From Selaginella moellendorffii (taxonomy: Eukaryota; Plantae; Lycopodiophyta), in the NCBI RefSeq assembly GCF_000143415.4, contig NW_003314308.1:496001-560000 (forward strand): DNA of 64,000 nucleotides, given 5' to 3'. Positions 1 through 12,586 of this stretch are shown here, piece after piece (within the stretch, counting starts at the first letter, position 1; every line of letters starts with the position of its first letter). The translations under genes and the position numbers were made by a program. The notes beneath the pieces are model-generated. The model had not been told where the DNA came from. It worked only from the letters and a program-made list of their open reading frames with translations, and searched no databases.

Positions 1-750
1 GCATGAACATCGTTCACAGGTAAAAAGGCTAAGAAGCTCGATGGCAATCTGATTGACGTTTTCTCTGGACAAGCAGGGATGTCAAGTGTGGAAATATTTT
101 ACTGGACCCCAACGGGAAAGCCAAGCTCGCAGATTTTGGTCTTGCAAAGAAGGTAAACAACTTATCTCAAGTTGGCTCTTTTTGTTCTTACAGCACAGAT
201 CACATCAGATTGATTATTCGGTTGCAAAGTCGTGCAAGGGAACTTTTGTTTACATGGCTCCAGAGGTTCTCTTGAATTAAAACTGTTTGACACTGATGTG
301 GTCCAAATCGCAGGTTCTCTTGACAGAAGGAACCTACGGTCTCGCCGCGGACGTGTGGAGCTTGGGATGCACAGTGATCGAAATGGCGTGTGGAAAGCCG
401 CCGTGGAGCGGTTTCGGGGTAAGATCTCTCACTTTCACTTCGTTCTTTCCTCTTTTCTTCTCGATCCCGGACATAGACTTTTCATCTCTTTAGCTCTGAG
501 TTCCTTGGGAACTAGAGAGATTTAGCGTGGTCAGATCTTGGAACTAACTTTAAGCTGGAACTGTGGATCGCAGATGATGCCATTCTACGAGAGAATGAGA
601 GACGGCTGCTCCCCACCGATTCCTCCCAAGATGAGCACCGAGGCCGTGAGTTTCATCAAGCTCTGCCTGACCAGAGACCCGAGACGAAGACCCAGCGCTG
701 CGGCACTGCTATCGCATCCCTTCTTCCAAGAACGCTCTCTCAAAGTGTAA
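1..750 (+). CDS. MAPKKK (MEKK1-like) Ser/Thr kinase, 3' part, multi-exon, 5' truncated by the window
   Basis: Spliced exons give [58 protein letters not shown] and [24 protein letters not shown]; GT-AG introns; stop at 748-750. Confidence 0.9.
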
Positions 751-1239
751 AATATGAAATAATAAAACCTCCACTCCCTCAAATTACAAATTGGAATGTT
801 CTATAAGATTCTTGCCACGTGGCAGCGGAGGTGTTATCTAGGCACCGGCATGGACTGAAGCTCCATTAGAAAACGAAGCCCTTGCTCGACGCGGGTTTCG
901 ATCGGGTCAAGCGCGAGCGCGCGTTGATAGCCGCCGGCTACCGGTGGATCCCTCCTCGCGGCTACATTTTCCAGTGAAATATCGACAGATCTCACTCGGC
1001 GATGCGGCAGGGATGCCACATTTCGTCCGTTTCCAGCGCCATCCATCAGCGGCAGCTTGTTCTTGAGCCCCGAGCCCCGACCCCCCCGATCGAGCTGGGG
1101 TTCTAACAGGTTTGGCGGGATTCTTGAGGTTTGGCGGGATTCTCTAGCAGCTTCTGGTTCTTGATCTCTGGCGTTGGAAGCGTAGCAGATTTTCAAGAGG
1201 TTTAGAGAGATTTGTGGTGGGGTGGGATATTCAAGCGCC

Positions 1240-2463
1240 ATGGCTGGCCAGATCAGGGCTGTTTGTTGCCCTCTCTTTAGATTCCATCTACACGACTGGC
1301 TCGCGATAATCTTTCTTTTGGGCATGGAGGCGCTGCTGCTTGTCATCCATCCCTTCAAGAGATACATTGGCGAGCCGATGATCGACGACTATAAGTTCCC
1401 TTTCAATAACAACACTATCCCCGTTGCCGCCGTTCCGGTAAGCTCGCGTGTCTCTTTAGAGACTAGGTCTTCTGAAAGATTCTTTGCTCCACAGGTCATA
1501 GCTCTCGTCATTCCGTTGATCTTTATCATTGGGTACTACATCCGGAATAGAGATTTGCGGGATTTGCACTACGGCTTTCTCGGTAAGCTTATTTTTCTTT
1601 CATCTCTCTCTCGAACCAAGAGAAGAGCTCGGACTAAGTAAACTATGTTGTTCTTGTTTTTTACTACAGGCTTGCTTTTCGCGGTGCTTATTACTGCTGT
1701 TCTTACTGATGCGATCAAAGACGCAGTTGGACGTCCAAGGCCTGATTTCTTCTGGCGGTGTTTTCCAGATGGCATACCGGTAAGTCCTGCTAGACAACCA
1801 AACCTGGATCTTACTCGTGAAATGCTCCACAGTTATACACGACGAGAACTCGGGAAGTTATGTGCACTGGTGACAAAGCCGACATACGTGAAGGCTACAA
1901 AAGTTTTCCAAGTGGCCACACATCATGTAAGGCATCTTGTCTTGCGATCGCCTTGCGTGCTTATTAATCCTTTCTACAGGGTCTTTTGCAGGGTTGGGGT
2001 ATCTTTCCCTCTATCTTGCGGGAAAGATATGTGCGTTCGATCGCCAGGGTCGTGTTGCCAAGCTGATCATTGTCGTCGTCCCGTTGCTCGGTGCAACGTT
2101 GGTTGGGATATCACGCGTTGATGACTATTGGCACCATTGGCAAGACGTGTTTGCCGGGGCTATCATAGGTACACTGTGTTCTACTTGGTTTTTTTTTTCT
2201 TTCTTTTTGTGCTTAATTCTATTACATTCCACAGGCCTGACTATGGCACATATTTGCTACAGACAACACTTTCCTAGTGTGTACGATGAATACAGTAAGT
2301 TTCGATTTCCGAGTGTTTGCAAACGTAGATTCTTATCGTGGCATCTCCAGGCTTTTCTCCATATCCCGAGAGACGCGCTCCGGCCGACTGGCCACCACCA
2401 CGAGCTAACGGTAGCGTTAGAGATCTAGAGAACGGGAGAGATGTGGAGATCTCCAGATTATAG
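1240..2463 (+). CDS. LPP: Lipid phosphate phosphatase (PAP2/LPP family), multi-exon
   Basis: Motifs [26 protein letters not shown] and [16 protein letters not shown]; ATG 1240; last exon ends [11 protein letters not shown] at 2461-2463. Confidence 0.92.
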
Positions 2464-3114
2464 CTGCGACTGTGATGGGTGTATACTCTGCTGGTATGCG
2501 TTTAAATTATCAACTCTTTTTTTTTTTGAGCCCAAGCACTCTCGCTCGGTTGTAAAAGCAGTGACATGACATACGCACTTTGTGTCACCTCGGACCTTGC
2601 CTGTTGGACGAGTCTTCGTCAAGAATTCCTCTTCCTCGGGGTGGGGCTCGCCGCCGCTGGATCAAAGATTCCAAACGCGAAGTAAGGGCTTCTCCAACTT
2701 TTCCTGTAGCGCTTTCCTAAAGCAAAAGTTTTTATCCTCGCAGGACTTTTTCAAACAAGATTCTGGTCTATGGTCATATGCAATGATCAAAGTTGTCTGT
2801 GTTTAGACAGTCTGGTTGGATTGATAATATGAACAAGAATTTGGTGTCTGATTGCATTGCTTGATTGGTGGTTGTATACAAATCTTGCAGCTTAGGCAAT
2901 TGGAACCCGTGTAGTCGTTTTTACTTAGATTCATTTGATTCTCTATAATGCCCTGTTGTAGCATTTTCTTCGAATAAAGCCTCCTGTTTACTTTAAAAAA
3001 CAGGAGGATATAGAGACAATTGTTATTTTCTTTTCAGCTTAGGTTCGAACAAGAATAGAACTCATTATTTATTTCAATATAAAAAGTAACCAAAGTAACT
3101 TTAGAAGCATCTCA

Positions 3115-4357
3115 TCACGATGATGCTAATTCACTAATGCTGATGGGAGAAACATCACCTGAAGTGGCACCAGTCCACCATCGATGAGCAGCCATACTAT
3201 TAAATGCATCAGTTTGGTGAATACCATCCCAAAAAGCATACTTTGTTCTATCTGGACAAAGCCTAGCTCCAGAATTGCAATTTAAAGTATGGGATCCTTG
3301 TGGACAACAAGCACTGGTTGAATCAATGAATCCTGTTTATTCCCAAAATATAAATAGTATTAGATTGTTTAATTAAAATAAAACTCACCATAAGATTGTG
3401 GATTGTTGTGAACATCTACCATTAATCCATAAAAATTGGTCATTACAAATTGAGCATCGTTATGAGAATTTCTTAAATTCTCAAGAGCTGATTGTAACAT
3501 ATTATTATATATTTGAGCTCCTTGCTGTGCAATAGATGCACATTGTCCACCAACCACATTCAATGGAATGCATCCAACAGCACTTAATCCAACTATAATA
3601 AACTTTCTAGCACCCAAATTATATAATGTCTGAAATCAAATAAAAATAATAAAATCAAAAATAAAATTGAAAATAAAAATAATCATATTTACCTGGAGTT
3701 CATTAACAAAAGTATTAATAATGGTTTGCTCATCAGATTGTGAAATCCTCCTTGTTCTTTGATACATATTATTAATATCATTGTTTCCTGAGCAAATATA
3801 AAAAATAGATTTTGCAACAAGAGTAGATGCATTAGATGATCCAATCATTTGAACCATTTTTTGTTTCAAACTCCTAAAGTCATCAATTTGACTTGCAAGA
3901 GCTTGTCCTCCTCCCTTTAAAATCACAAACTTATAAAGTTAAAATCAACAAAATTAATAATTCTTACTGTATGAGTTTGTGAAAGGATTCCAGAACCAGC
4001 AGAACCAAAATTTGCACCTTGAAGAATATTATTTCCAGCTTGGAAATAAGCTAGTGGTAATGGTAATCCCAAATATAATGCTAAAAGAAAGAATTATAAA
4101 ATAACATTCAATTATAAAAACAGCAAACACTTACCAATATATTCAACAAGCAAACGACCATTACAAAATCAACTTGCTTGACCTCCAGGAAAATCAATAC
4201 CATAAGGATAACCAACATGAGCATTATCACCCGCATCTACTAGAGAATCCCCAAATGCAAATAAAGCTGGGACAAATGAATTCATTTGCTGAGAAAACAC
4301 CCTCAAACCAGAAAACATAGCAAACACAACAAAGAAAAGAAATGCAAAAGTTGCCAT
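3115..4357 (-). pseudogene. GDSL esterase/lipase, copy A, with premature stop
   Basis: Signal peptide, FGDSLVDAG, GNND, FWDGIH; the codon at 4169-4171 is TGA where copy B has CGA (ASRF). Confidence 0.8.
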
Positions 4358-4604
4358 GTTGTTAAGTGTAAAGAACAATATTTTGTGAGATGAAAACTTC
4401 AGCTTTTAAACCACAAAATGTTATAATTTTAGCGATCTATTCCAAGTAAAGATATATTATATACACGATTACATATTATTAACAAAGTAGGCTATGACGA
4501 CTACTAACTTTTTAAAGCAAAAGTTTTTATCCTACGGTTAAAAAAAATACCTTTTTACGCAGCAGTATAAAAAAGGGTCGCACTCCTGTAACCCTCGTCA
4601 TCAA

Positions 4605-5033
4605 ATGGTGAATCGCTACGTTTCAGTGGAGCACGTCCTCGCGCTGCTGCAAAACTCGGCGGAGATGCTACCCATCGGCGCCAAGGATTTGGAAAAGCTC
4701 ATGGACGTGGTGGCCAACATGCTCCCCAGCAAGAGCAAGGATTTTGTGGGAGCTCCAGCCAGCGTCGTCGAGAACAAGCGACTAGTGGGCGATGGCGGCG
4801 CTCAAAGCTTGAAGAGAAAGGCCTTGGACTTGGAGGGCTTGGACAAGAACGATTACGCGCTGCTGGAAGAGGCCAGCGCTGAAAGCTTGAAGAGGAAGGC
4901 CTTGGAGGAGGAGGAGGAGGCGAGCGCCAAGTTCACGGAATCGAGAGCTTGCAAAAGGTATAACCTCAGGAAGAAGAACAAGAAGCAGCACACGAGCCTT
5001 TGCCAGGAGTTTTTCTTGTGCAAGTGCCACTGA
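4605..5033 (+). CDS. Small orphan protein (YNLR family), intact copy, 142 aa
   Basis: Intronless ORF with TATAAAAA about 40 bp upstream; SLKRKAL twice, acidic tract, KRYNLRKK, C-terminal CKCH; four homologues in the window. Confidence 0.6.
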   Translation: MVNRYVSVEHVLALLQNSAEMLPIGAKDLEKLMDVVANMLPSKSKDFVGAPASVVENKRLVGDGGAQSLKRKALDLEGLDKNDYALLEEASAESLKRKALEEEEEASAKFTESRACKRYNLRKKNKKQHTSLCQEFFLCKCH

Positions 5034-5232
5034 GTAGATCTCGCAGTGTAAAGATGTCTTGAATCGAGAGAAACTTGGAGAGTTTACCCCACATGTTCTT
5101 CCAACTTTGGATGATCAAACATCTTTCGTGTTTCTTGTCAGCTTTGCAATGAGTTCTCAAAGGATCTCATGGAAGATCTAGCGAAACAAAGTCTTAGAAC
5201 CTTGTGCGACTTTCCAGGAGAAATCTAAGCGC

Positions 5233-6272
5233 TTACTTTCTGTCACTGATGCCGTAGAACTCGGCCAGGTAGTCGAGCGCCTCGGAGTTGTTCCTGCAAA
5301 CTCTCCACAGCGCCTCCACTTCTCCCTCGGCCACAGTCCCCCACTCTCTGCACGTAGCCAGGAACTCCAGCAAGTGATCGTAGAATCCATCGTAGTTTAT
5401 CAACAGGAACGGCACCGGGAAGCTGGAGCCGATCCGCCGCAGCTGGATCAAAGTCAGCACCTCGAAGATCTCGTCCAAGCTTCCAACGCCGCCGGGCAAA
5501 GCCAGGAACGCGGTGCGATCGGACGGAGCGTTACGTACTCCCGCATCAACGAGGCCGTGCTTTCGCGCTGAGAAGAATCTAATTGCAAGGATGGTATTCT
5601 TAGTTTCTAGAAAAACCAAGAGAGAGCTTGTTTACCTGCAGGTGAGGTAAGTTCCCGAGACCATGTAAGGATGGCTCAAAGTGTTCGTCCACACACCGCC
5701 CTCGTTGTGGATTCTAAATCCTCCCACCGGCTTCCCGGCCTCGAGAGCTCCTTTGGTGGCAGCGTCCATTAATCCTGGGCCAGCTCCACACCAGGACGTG
5801 CAGTCAAGCAGCAAAGCAACCTGGGAAGAACTCGAAGAACTTAGAAACTTGCCATGATCTTAGAAACCATGCTTTTCTCACCTCTCGCCCGAGCTCCATC
5901 GCTTGAAGGAAGTGAGGATGGTCTGGTTTTGTTCTCGCTGATCCCAGGTACACGGCTCCACGGCCAAGCTTGTGCACGAGATCATAGCAGCTCAAGATCT
6001 CCCTTCTCACCTGGAACAGCACAAACAAGCAATGTCAAGCTCTCTCGCTCGAGCTCTGGAAGAGTTACCTCGTCTGCGCTGCTCCGGCTCTCAAACTCTT
6101 GAATGTAAGTTGGAGAGCTCTTCGAACAGCACAGTGCCTGATTGCCCGACTTGGGCGATGCATTTGATGGCCGAGCAGCGAAGATTCTTCTCCTCCTCGT
6201 CTTGTTGGTCATCGAGATCTCGCCTCCCAGAGCAGCAGCAGTAGCAGCAGCAGTAGCAGCCATGGCGTCCAT
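5233..6272 (-). CDS. LOG / lysine-decarboxylase-like family protein, 4 exons, possible plastid transit peptide
   Basis: VYLGSAR, GAGPGLMDAATKGA, FFSARKHGL, LPGGVGSLDEIFE; Ala/Ser/Arg-rich N-terminus from ATG 6272. Confidence 0.88.
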
Positions 6273-6354
6273 CCCAGCAGCTAAGCGACTGATTTCTCGA
6301 TGCCACAAAACGAAGCTTTAAAATAATCCTCCTCGAACTCTCAAACTCACCACC

Positions 6355-8223
6355 TCACCCGAGGTGGCGCTTGATCAAGCTCATCACGTCCCACTCCTTC
6401 TTCTCCGCGAGAGCTCCAAGCATGAGGATGGACTGCGCGCCTTCGCCGCCAGGCTCGAGCTCGCCCACCATCTCCGCAGCGCGCTCCGCCCGCTCTACGT
6501 CGCCATGTATTCGGCACCCGCTCAGCAGCGTCATCCAGCCCGTGACGCACGGCTCGAACGGCATCGTCTCCACGAGCTCCTCGGCGTCCTGGAGCCAGCC
6601 GCAGCGTCCCAGCAGGTCCACCAGGCACATATAGTGCTCCCACAGCAGCTCCACCTCGCGGTGGTGATCCACAAACTCCACGAAGTAGCCGCGACCATCC
6701 TCCACTCGCCCGGCGTGGCTGGCACCGATGACGAGCCCGATGAGCGTGATGCTACTGGGGTCCGTCCCGTCCAGCACCATCTCGCGGTACACCGCCACGG
6801 CACTGCCCAGATGCCCGAACTGCGCATACGCCGCCACCATCGAGTTCCAGCACACCAAGTCCCTGTGCCGGAGCTCGTCGAAAACTCTCCTCGCGTCGTC
6901 CAGGCAGCTACACTTCGCGTACATGTGGATGAGTGCCGAGCACACCACGGCGGCGCCGCTCCACTCCTCCGCCACCACCCTGGCGTGGATCCGCCGCCCC
7001 TCCGCCAGATCCCCCAGCGCGGCACACGCCGAGAGCGCGTTGGCGTGCGTGATGCAGTTGGGCTTCACCGCCGGGGAGGATGACTCCATCGCCTTGTAGA
7101 GATCGAGAGCTTGGCGATGGTGGCCGCCGTGCGCGTACGCCGCCACCATGGTGCTCCAGCTGATGACGCTCCTGCGACGCATCCCATCGAAGAGCTTGCG
7201 GGCCTCAGCGATGGATCCACAGCGAGCGTACATGTTGAGCAGCGTGTTGTCTAGCGCTACGTCGCTGTGGAAGCCGCTCTTGAGGATCTGGAGGTGGAGC
7301 GCGCGCCCGGCGTCGATCGCCGCTGGACCGATGGCCGCGCACGCCGCCGCCACTGACGAGTACGTGAAGGAGTCCGGGCGGATGCCCCGCCGCTCCATCT
7401 CGCGGAAGAGATCCAAGGCCCGGCGAGCGTACAAATGCCCGTTCTGGGCATTTGCTGCGAGCATGGCGTTCCAGGCCACCACGTCTCGATCGGGCATCTT
7501 GTCAAAGATCTCTCTGGCCTCCTCGGGTTCTTTGCATTTTCCATACATGTTGATCAGCGCGGTGTGGACGATCACACTGGAAGTCGTCACCCTCGCGTGG
7601 ATCTTCCGCCCGGCGGCAAGATCCCCGAGGTTGGCACAAATGCCGATCACGGTGGCCACGAGCACGTCGTCGATCTCCACGCCGGTGGCGGACATCTGCT
7701 CGTAGAGATCCAGCGCCGCGCGGTTGCGCCCGTTCTGGGCGTGCGCTGCCAGCACGATGCTCCAGGTGAACTTGTTGCGCTCGGGCATGGCGTCGAAGAG
7801 GGCGCGGCCGGATTCCAGCGCGCCCAGCTTGCCATACATGTGGATGAGGAGATTGGCGAGGAAGACGTTGCTGCCCAGTCCCAGCTGCTGGATCAATCGG
7901 TGCGCCCCGATCCCGCTGCCCAGATCCCTCTCAGCTACACACCTGCGCAACACGGCGGCCATTTGGGCGATCGAGGCGTCGCTGCTCTTGAGCTCCTCCA
8001 GCCACGCCTGGAGGCCAGAGCTGGATGAGCTCTCTGCGATGGCGCTGGCGCTGGCGCTGGCCATGGGCGATGGTGGCTTGCTCCATTTTTTGGGGCGCTC
8101 GCGCTCGTCGAGGCTGTCCTTGCGCGAGTAGCTCCCGCCAAAGAGGATCTCCTGCTCCGCGTCCTGTAGGGCGCCGATGGATTTGCGCTGGAGGGGCGAG
8201 CTGCGGGAGGCGAGCCTTCGCAT
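6355..8223 (-). CDS. PLS-class PPR protein with E-type domain, intronless
   Basis: Repeated LIxMYGKCG/WNAMxAA motifs; HYMCLVDLLGRCGWLQDAEELVETMPFEP; no DYW; first ATG 8223. Confidence 0.93.
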   Translation of the reverse strand: MRRLASRSSPLQRKSIGALQDAEQEILFGGSYSRKDSLDERERPKKWSKPPSPMASASASAIAESSSSSGLQAWLEELKSSDASIAQMAAVLRRCVAERDLGSGIGAHRLIQQLGLGSNVFLANLLIHMYGKLGALESGRALFDAMPERNKFTWSIVLAAHAQNGRNRAALDLYEQMSATGVEIDDVLVATVIGICANLGDLAAGRKIHARVTTSSVIVHTALINMYGKCKEPEEAREIFDKMPDRDVVAWNAMLAANAQNGHLYARRALDLFREMERRGIRPDSFTYSSVAAACAAIGPAAIDAGRALHLQILKSGFHSDVALDNTLLNMYARCGSIAEARKLFDGMRRRSVISWSTMVAAYAHGGHHRQALDLYKAMESSSPAVKPNCITHANALSACAALGDLAEGRRIHARVVAEEWSGAAVVCSALIHMYAKCSCLDDARRVFDELRHRDLVCWNSMVAAYAQFGHLGSAVAVYREMVLDGTDPSSITLIGLVIGASHAGRVEDGRGYFVEFVDHHREVELLWEHYMCLVDLLGRCGWLQDAEELVETMPFEPCVTGWMTLLSGCRIHGDVERAERAAEMVGELEPGGEGAQSILMLGALAEKKEWDVMSLIKRHLG

Positions 8224-8249
8224 AAGTGACGGCCGAATATTCCCCAAAA

Positions 8250-8400
8250 TATTGACAAAATATGTTAGTCAACGCCGCCGGCCAGTCAACAAAAGTCAGA
8301 CCAATAACTGCTGTCAATGAGCTTTGACTAAGAGAATCCGGAACCGCTGCCAGAATATCCTTAAGTCAACGACGCCGGCTGGTCAAAGAAAGTCAGCGCA
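8250..8400. promoter_or_regulatory. W-box (TTGACY) cluster in the PPR/CAF1 divergent promoter
   Basis: Five TTGACY/RGTCAA matches within about 125 bp. Confidence 0.4.
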
Positions 8401-9184
8401 TCTTGGACCAACAATCACGTTTGTTTTGTCTACACTATATATAATGTGTGCGTGGGCGGTGCATGGTTGGAAGCCGCGGGTTGGAAATCACAAAGAAATG
8501 TGTACGGACAAACAGAGTAGGAGGTGTGGCTTTGGGCCATGGGTGGCCCAAGGGCCGGCAAATCGCAGAAAGACATCCCGGGTACGATCCCGGGCAGGGC
8601 ACCAGCCTGTCACGCGTGGACGCGAGGGCCGCTCTCCAATCCACTGGAATTTCTCGTGCCGGACGCCAGCGCGTCTATCAAATCGGGCTGTTGCCACGTG
8701 GGGCCCCTCCAGCCGCCGGATGCGCGTATCCGACGGCCGCGGGCCGGACTCCAAATGGGCTCCTCAAACTGGTTAACTGATTTCTCAGTGGCGAGAATAA
8801 GTATCAGGGCGTGCGGGCGAGGGTTTCGTCTGGGCGCGTTGGGAGAGGAGAGGGCGAGGGAGGAAAGAGGGTCCTGGGGATCGATCGAGCGAGGCCGTGA
8901 GAGATCCAGGGCGGCGGCGCGCGCGCGTGATTCCTCCGGGGCCGGCGGTAAGCCCCCTCTGGTCGATTTCTCCCCGCGGGTTAGGGTTCGTGCGTGGTCT
9001 CATGTTGGATAGCTGGCCACGGGCTTTAGAAGGCTTAGATCGCGTGAGCAGAGGCTACAGGAGAGGGCGGGGTTCTTGGCGCTCCAAGCTAAAGCGACCC
9101 ATCTGGAATCGCCGGGAGAGATAAGAGGAGATAGAGATAGAGATAGAATTTGTGGCAGCACACACACACACAAGGGGGAGATAG

Positions 9185-10042
9185 ATGTCAAAATTTCCAA
9201 AGGGTGGGTCTCTCCGCATCAGGGACGTGTGGGCGAGCAACCTGGAGGAGGAGATTTCGTTCATCCGGAGTATCGTGGATGAGTTCCCGCTGCTGGCCAT
9301 GGACACGGAGTTCCCGGGCGTGGTGGTGAGGCCGGTGGGTAACTTCCGGAGCTGCGCAGAGTATAACTACCAGACCCTCCGCGAGAACGTCAACATGCTC
9401 AAGCTCATCCAGCTGGGCCTCACCTTCTGCGACGCGGACGGCAACCTCCCGCGCTGCAACACCGGCGAGTACTGCGTGTGGCAATTCAACTTCCGCGAGT
9501 TCAACATCCGGGAGGACGTTTGCGCCCAGGACTCGATCGACCTCCTGTGCCACAGCGGCATCGACTTCGCCAAGAACGAGGAGCAGGGCGTGGACTCGAG
9601 GCTGTTTGGGGAGCTGCTCATGTCCTCGGGGGTGGTGCTCAACGACGACATCCAGTGGATCACCTTCCACAGCGGCTACGACTTCGGCTACCTCCTCAAG
9701 CTGCTCACTTGCCAGCCACTGCCGGCGTGCGAGGCCGACTTCTTCAACCTCATGCGCCTCTACTTCCCGGTCTTCTTCGACATCAAGTACATGATGAAGT
9801 TCCATGACAGCCTCCACGGCGGCCTCAACCGGCTGGCGGAGCTGGTCGACGTTGCGCGCATCGGGCCGTGCCACCAGGCGGGGTCGGACAGCCTGCTCAC
9901 GTCCGAGGTCTACCGCCGGCTCAAGGACAGGTACTTCCTGGAATCCATGGCCAAGTTCACGGGAGTGCTCTACGGGCTGGGATCGGACAATGCCGACGCT
10001 GCTGCTGCTGCTGCCGCCGCCGCAGCCGCTGCTGCGATCTAA
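9185..10042 (+). CDS. CAF1: CCR4-associated factor 1 deadenylase (CAF1/POP2, DEDD nuclease)
   Basis: [43 protein letters not shown]; intronless CDS with a poly-Ala C-terminus. Confidence 0.96.
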   Translation: MSKFPKGGSLRIRDVWASNLEEEISFIRSIVDEFPLLAMDTEFPGVVVRPVGNFRSCAEYNYQTLRENVNMLKLIQLGLTFCDADGNLPRCNTGEYCVWQFNFREFNIREDVCAQDSIDLLCHSGIDFAKNEEQGVDSRLFGELLMSSGVVLNDDIQWITFHSGYDFGYLLKLLTCQPLPACEADFFNLMRLYFPVFFDIKYMMKFHDSLHGGLNRLAELVDVARIGPCHQAGSDSLLTSEVYRRLKDRYFLESMAKFTGVLYGLGSDNADAAAAAAAAAAAAAI

Positions 10043-10428
10043 CTAGCGGCGGAGTTGCGTGATCCATGGAAGCGACGAGAAGATCCAACAACAAGACTCT
10101 CTACACTAATGTCTGCTGCTGCTCTGTACACTTGACAGTATGGACAAAGTCCGACATTTTTCTTATACTTATCACTGCTACAATCATCTCAATGCTACAT
10201 AGTCTTTATTCTTATTTCCTCCACACCCATGATTTCACATGGTTTGTTTTCTTCGTCCTTTTCTTGTGGCTGGTTTTATTTTTCTTTTTCTTTTTTTCTT
10301 CTTTTATGGTTTCTCTTTTGCTATGGTTGACTTCTCATCCAATCGAAGTGCTCTCTAGAAGTGGATTAGATCAAAATGGATAACTTTTGCTGTGATTATC
10401 ACACAAGATATGCATTCACTCAATGTGC

Positions 10429-10749
10429 TTATGTGTGCTTATGTGCCTTCTTTCTCCTGAGATTGTAGCTTTTAAGAGGATTCTTGAGATTGTATTTTTT
10501 GGGATGAACTCTCTCTTCTTCCTCATTTAAGTACTGATGCTTTCTCTTCAAGCTTTTACCATTGCTCATGTCCATTTCTCTCTTCTCATGAACTTTGTGA
10601 CTGGTTTCTTCCATGGTTGCTGTACTAGTAAATTTTGGAGGCGGCTCACAATCGATGACTTTGGAGACCAAGTCCATGAGATCTATGAAGTCCCGCAACT
10701 CATTTAAAACTTGTGCTACTGGAATGCAACCATCCTTCTGATTCGCCAT
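10429..10749 (-). CDS. Small orphan protein (YNLR family), diverged copy, 106 aa
   Basis: MANQKDGCIPVAQVLNELR...DLMDLVSK, KSLKRK, KKYNLK and SYNLRRKK; upstream sequence homologous to that of the 14.5/23.5 kb copies. Confidence 0.5.
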   Translation of the reverse strand: MANQKDGCIPVAQVLNELRDFIDLMDLVSKVIDCEPPPKFTSTATMEETSHKVHEKREMDMSNGKSLKRKHQYLNEEEERVHPKKYNLKNPLKSYNLRRKKAHKHT

Positions 10750-10859
10750 ACCTCACAGATACAACCCTTGGTGGAAGGTCAACTCTTTTGTATTCCTGGA
10801 GCAGAAAAGGGTCATACATCATGGAATTTCCAAAAACTTCCCTTTCAAAAAAGGTTTAA

Positions 10860-11110
10860 GTGATATGAGATCAATCCTGCTACATGGAATGCATAAAACC
10901 TGAGCCTGTCTTTCATATTTGCAATCCTGGCGTCCCATTAGTTGTGATCCATTCCCGCCTACCTAGTAAGAGAGAACAAGGATGGCTTTGAAAGACTTCT
11001 TCAAGACTCTAACGTTAGCCCTTGCTGCTGCCTCTAACCTTTTGGAGATACCAGAACTGAATGCTTTCTGTGACTTGTTATGGAGATGCCATTGCCAAGC
11101 TCCTGCGTGG
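10860..11110 (-). pseudogene. Decayed remnant of a PPR 3' end
   Basis: Aligns by eye with the 3' end of the PPR at 23670 (aaaacctgagcc..tttcat.tttgcaa..). Confidence 0.45.
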
Positions 11111-11548
11111 AAAGCTGTTGGCATTGCTCACCCAGAAGCCCGTGATGGAGGTTGACTGAAGCTCTATGAACAAATTGCTAGGTTAAAGACCACCTAGTTG
11201 CTGGGATAAGTTTGTAGGGGCCAATGCCACTCAAGATGATAGAGTTTGTGGAATTATACTCCAAGTCTCGCCCCGTCAACTTTTGGGTTGTGTGTGAAGC
11301 TTGAGTTGTTGCGTTGAGCAGTAGGTGACGCTGGTTTGGAGACGAAAGTGTCGATTACAGAATTTCAGACCAAGCCAGCAGCGAGGAGAGAGGATGTTGC
11401 CAGTGCTGCTTGGCTCCCACGACCTTCTGGAGTTCATCCCTGTAGTTGAAATTCAAGGACATCACAGCCTGGTGCTTTCTTGAAAGTTCTGATGCGGGAC
11501 ATGGTGAGATGGTGATTGGGAGGGAGAGATGATTTTGATTTGAACAGG

Positions 11549-11700
11549 AGGGCCGACTGTGCTGCTGCTCCATGGTTTCCCCGAGACGTGGTATACATGG
11601 AGGTTCCAAGTCAAGGCGCTGGCGGACGCTGGATTCCACGCTGTTGCTCCAGAGTTGCGAGGCTTCGGGCTCACCGAGTGTCCCAAGGATTCATCCGGCA
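11549..11700 (+). pseudogene. Epoxide hydrolase (alpha/beta hydrolase) fragment, copy A
   Basis: [40 protein letters not shown]; homology stops after this stretch. Confidence 0.75.
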
Positions 11701-12586
11701 AGTTAAAGCTCTCGCCTCTGGGTCTCCTGGGATTGTGTGCTTGGAGGAATTGGATGGTCGGGGCATGGCTAGAGGGAGCCCAAGAGAAAATATCTTATCA
11801 CGACTAACTGCATTTTGGAGCTGGACCAAGCGGTGGAGGAGCTTGAGCAGCAGCAGGGCGAACGAATCCATCGCTATTCCATTGAGTATAGAATAGGGAG
11901 GAACAAGTTTGTGGAAAACCTCGGAAAGACAATGTTTTCTCCTTGACGGTGATTTATGAAAAACAAAAAAGTTTAATTGGCTCTGGATTCGAACCTGTGA
12001 CCTTGCTAATATATTTCTTCAGGTTCCAAATTAAACATTAATAGCTTCTTAACGTATCTGCTATTTTCGCAGGCCAGCTTCCTAGCTCTAGTCATCCTTT
12101 TTGCTGCTCGTCAAGCACAAGAAAGAAATCATTCTCTTATACAATGGAAAGATCTTACTGGTACATTCTTCAAGCTGTTCTCGGACATGATCACGAGCTA
12201 AGTTTCAGAAGAATCCAAAGCCATGGCAAAGAAAGTGGTCTGGCATCGGCTGGTGCAAGGAATAATCGCGAGCAACCAGCCGATGGACTCTTTGGAATTG
12301 TTTTGGCGGATGCTGACTGTGATTTTTGTTGCAGAAAACTCTGTTTGCACCATTGCCGATGCGTTCTATCCAAGATCGCGTTAAGACTGGATTTCAATTT
12401 CTTCCACATGATGATTATCATGATCATTCTTTGGATTGTGTTCTTCAGAAGGAGCATTGAAGTTTTCCTTCCTCTTTAACTTTATGTTTCATTTTTTATG
12501 TTGTAATGCTTCGTTTGGGCACTAAAGTTGTGGATTTAAGCTTTTTAAAGAGCGCATTCTTCTAGGGCTGCACTGATCGATCGGCT

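Noticed and set aside
834-1367. 177-aa minus-strand ORF over the LPP promoter
   Set aside because: No motifs; GC-rich promoter/antisense artefact
6364-8131. Many long overlapping or antisense ORFs over the PPR (also over CAF1, the kinase, UGTs and P450s)
   Set aside because: Shadow ORFs expected from high GC3; no recognisable motifs
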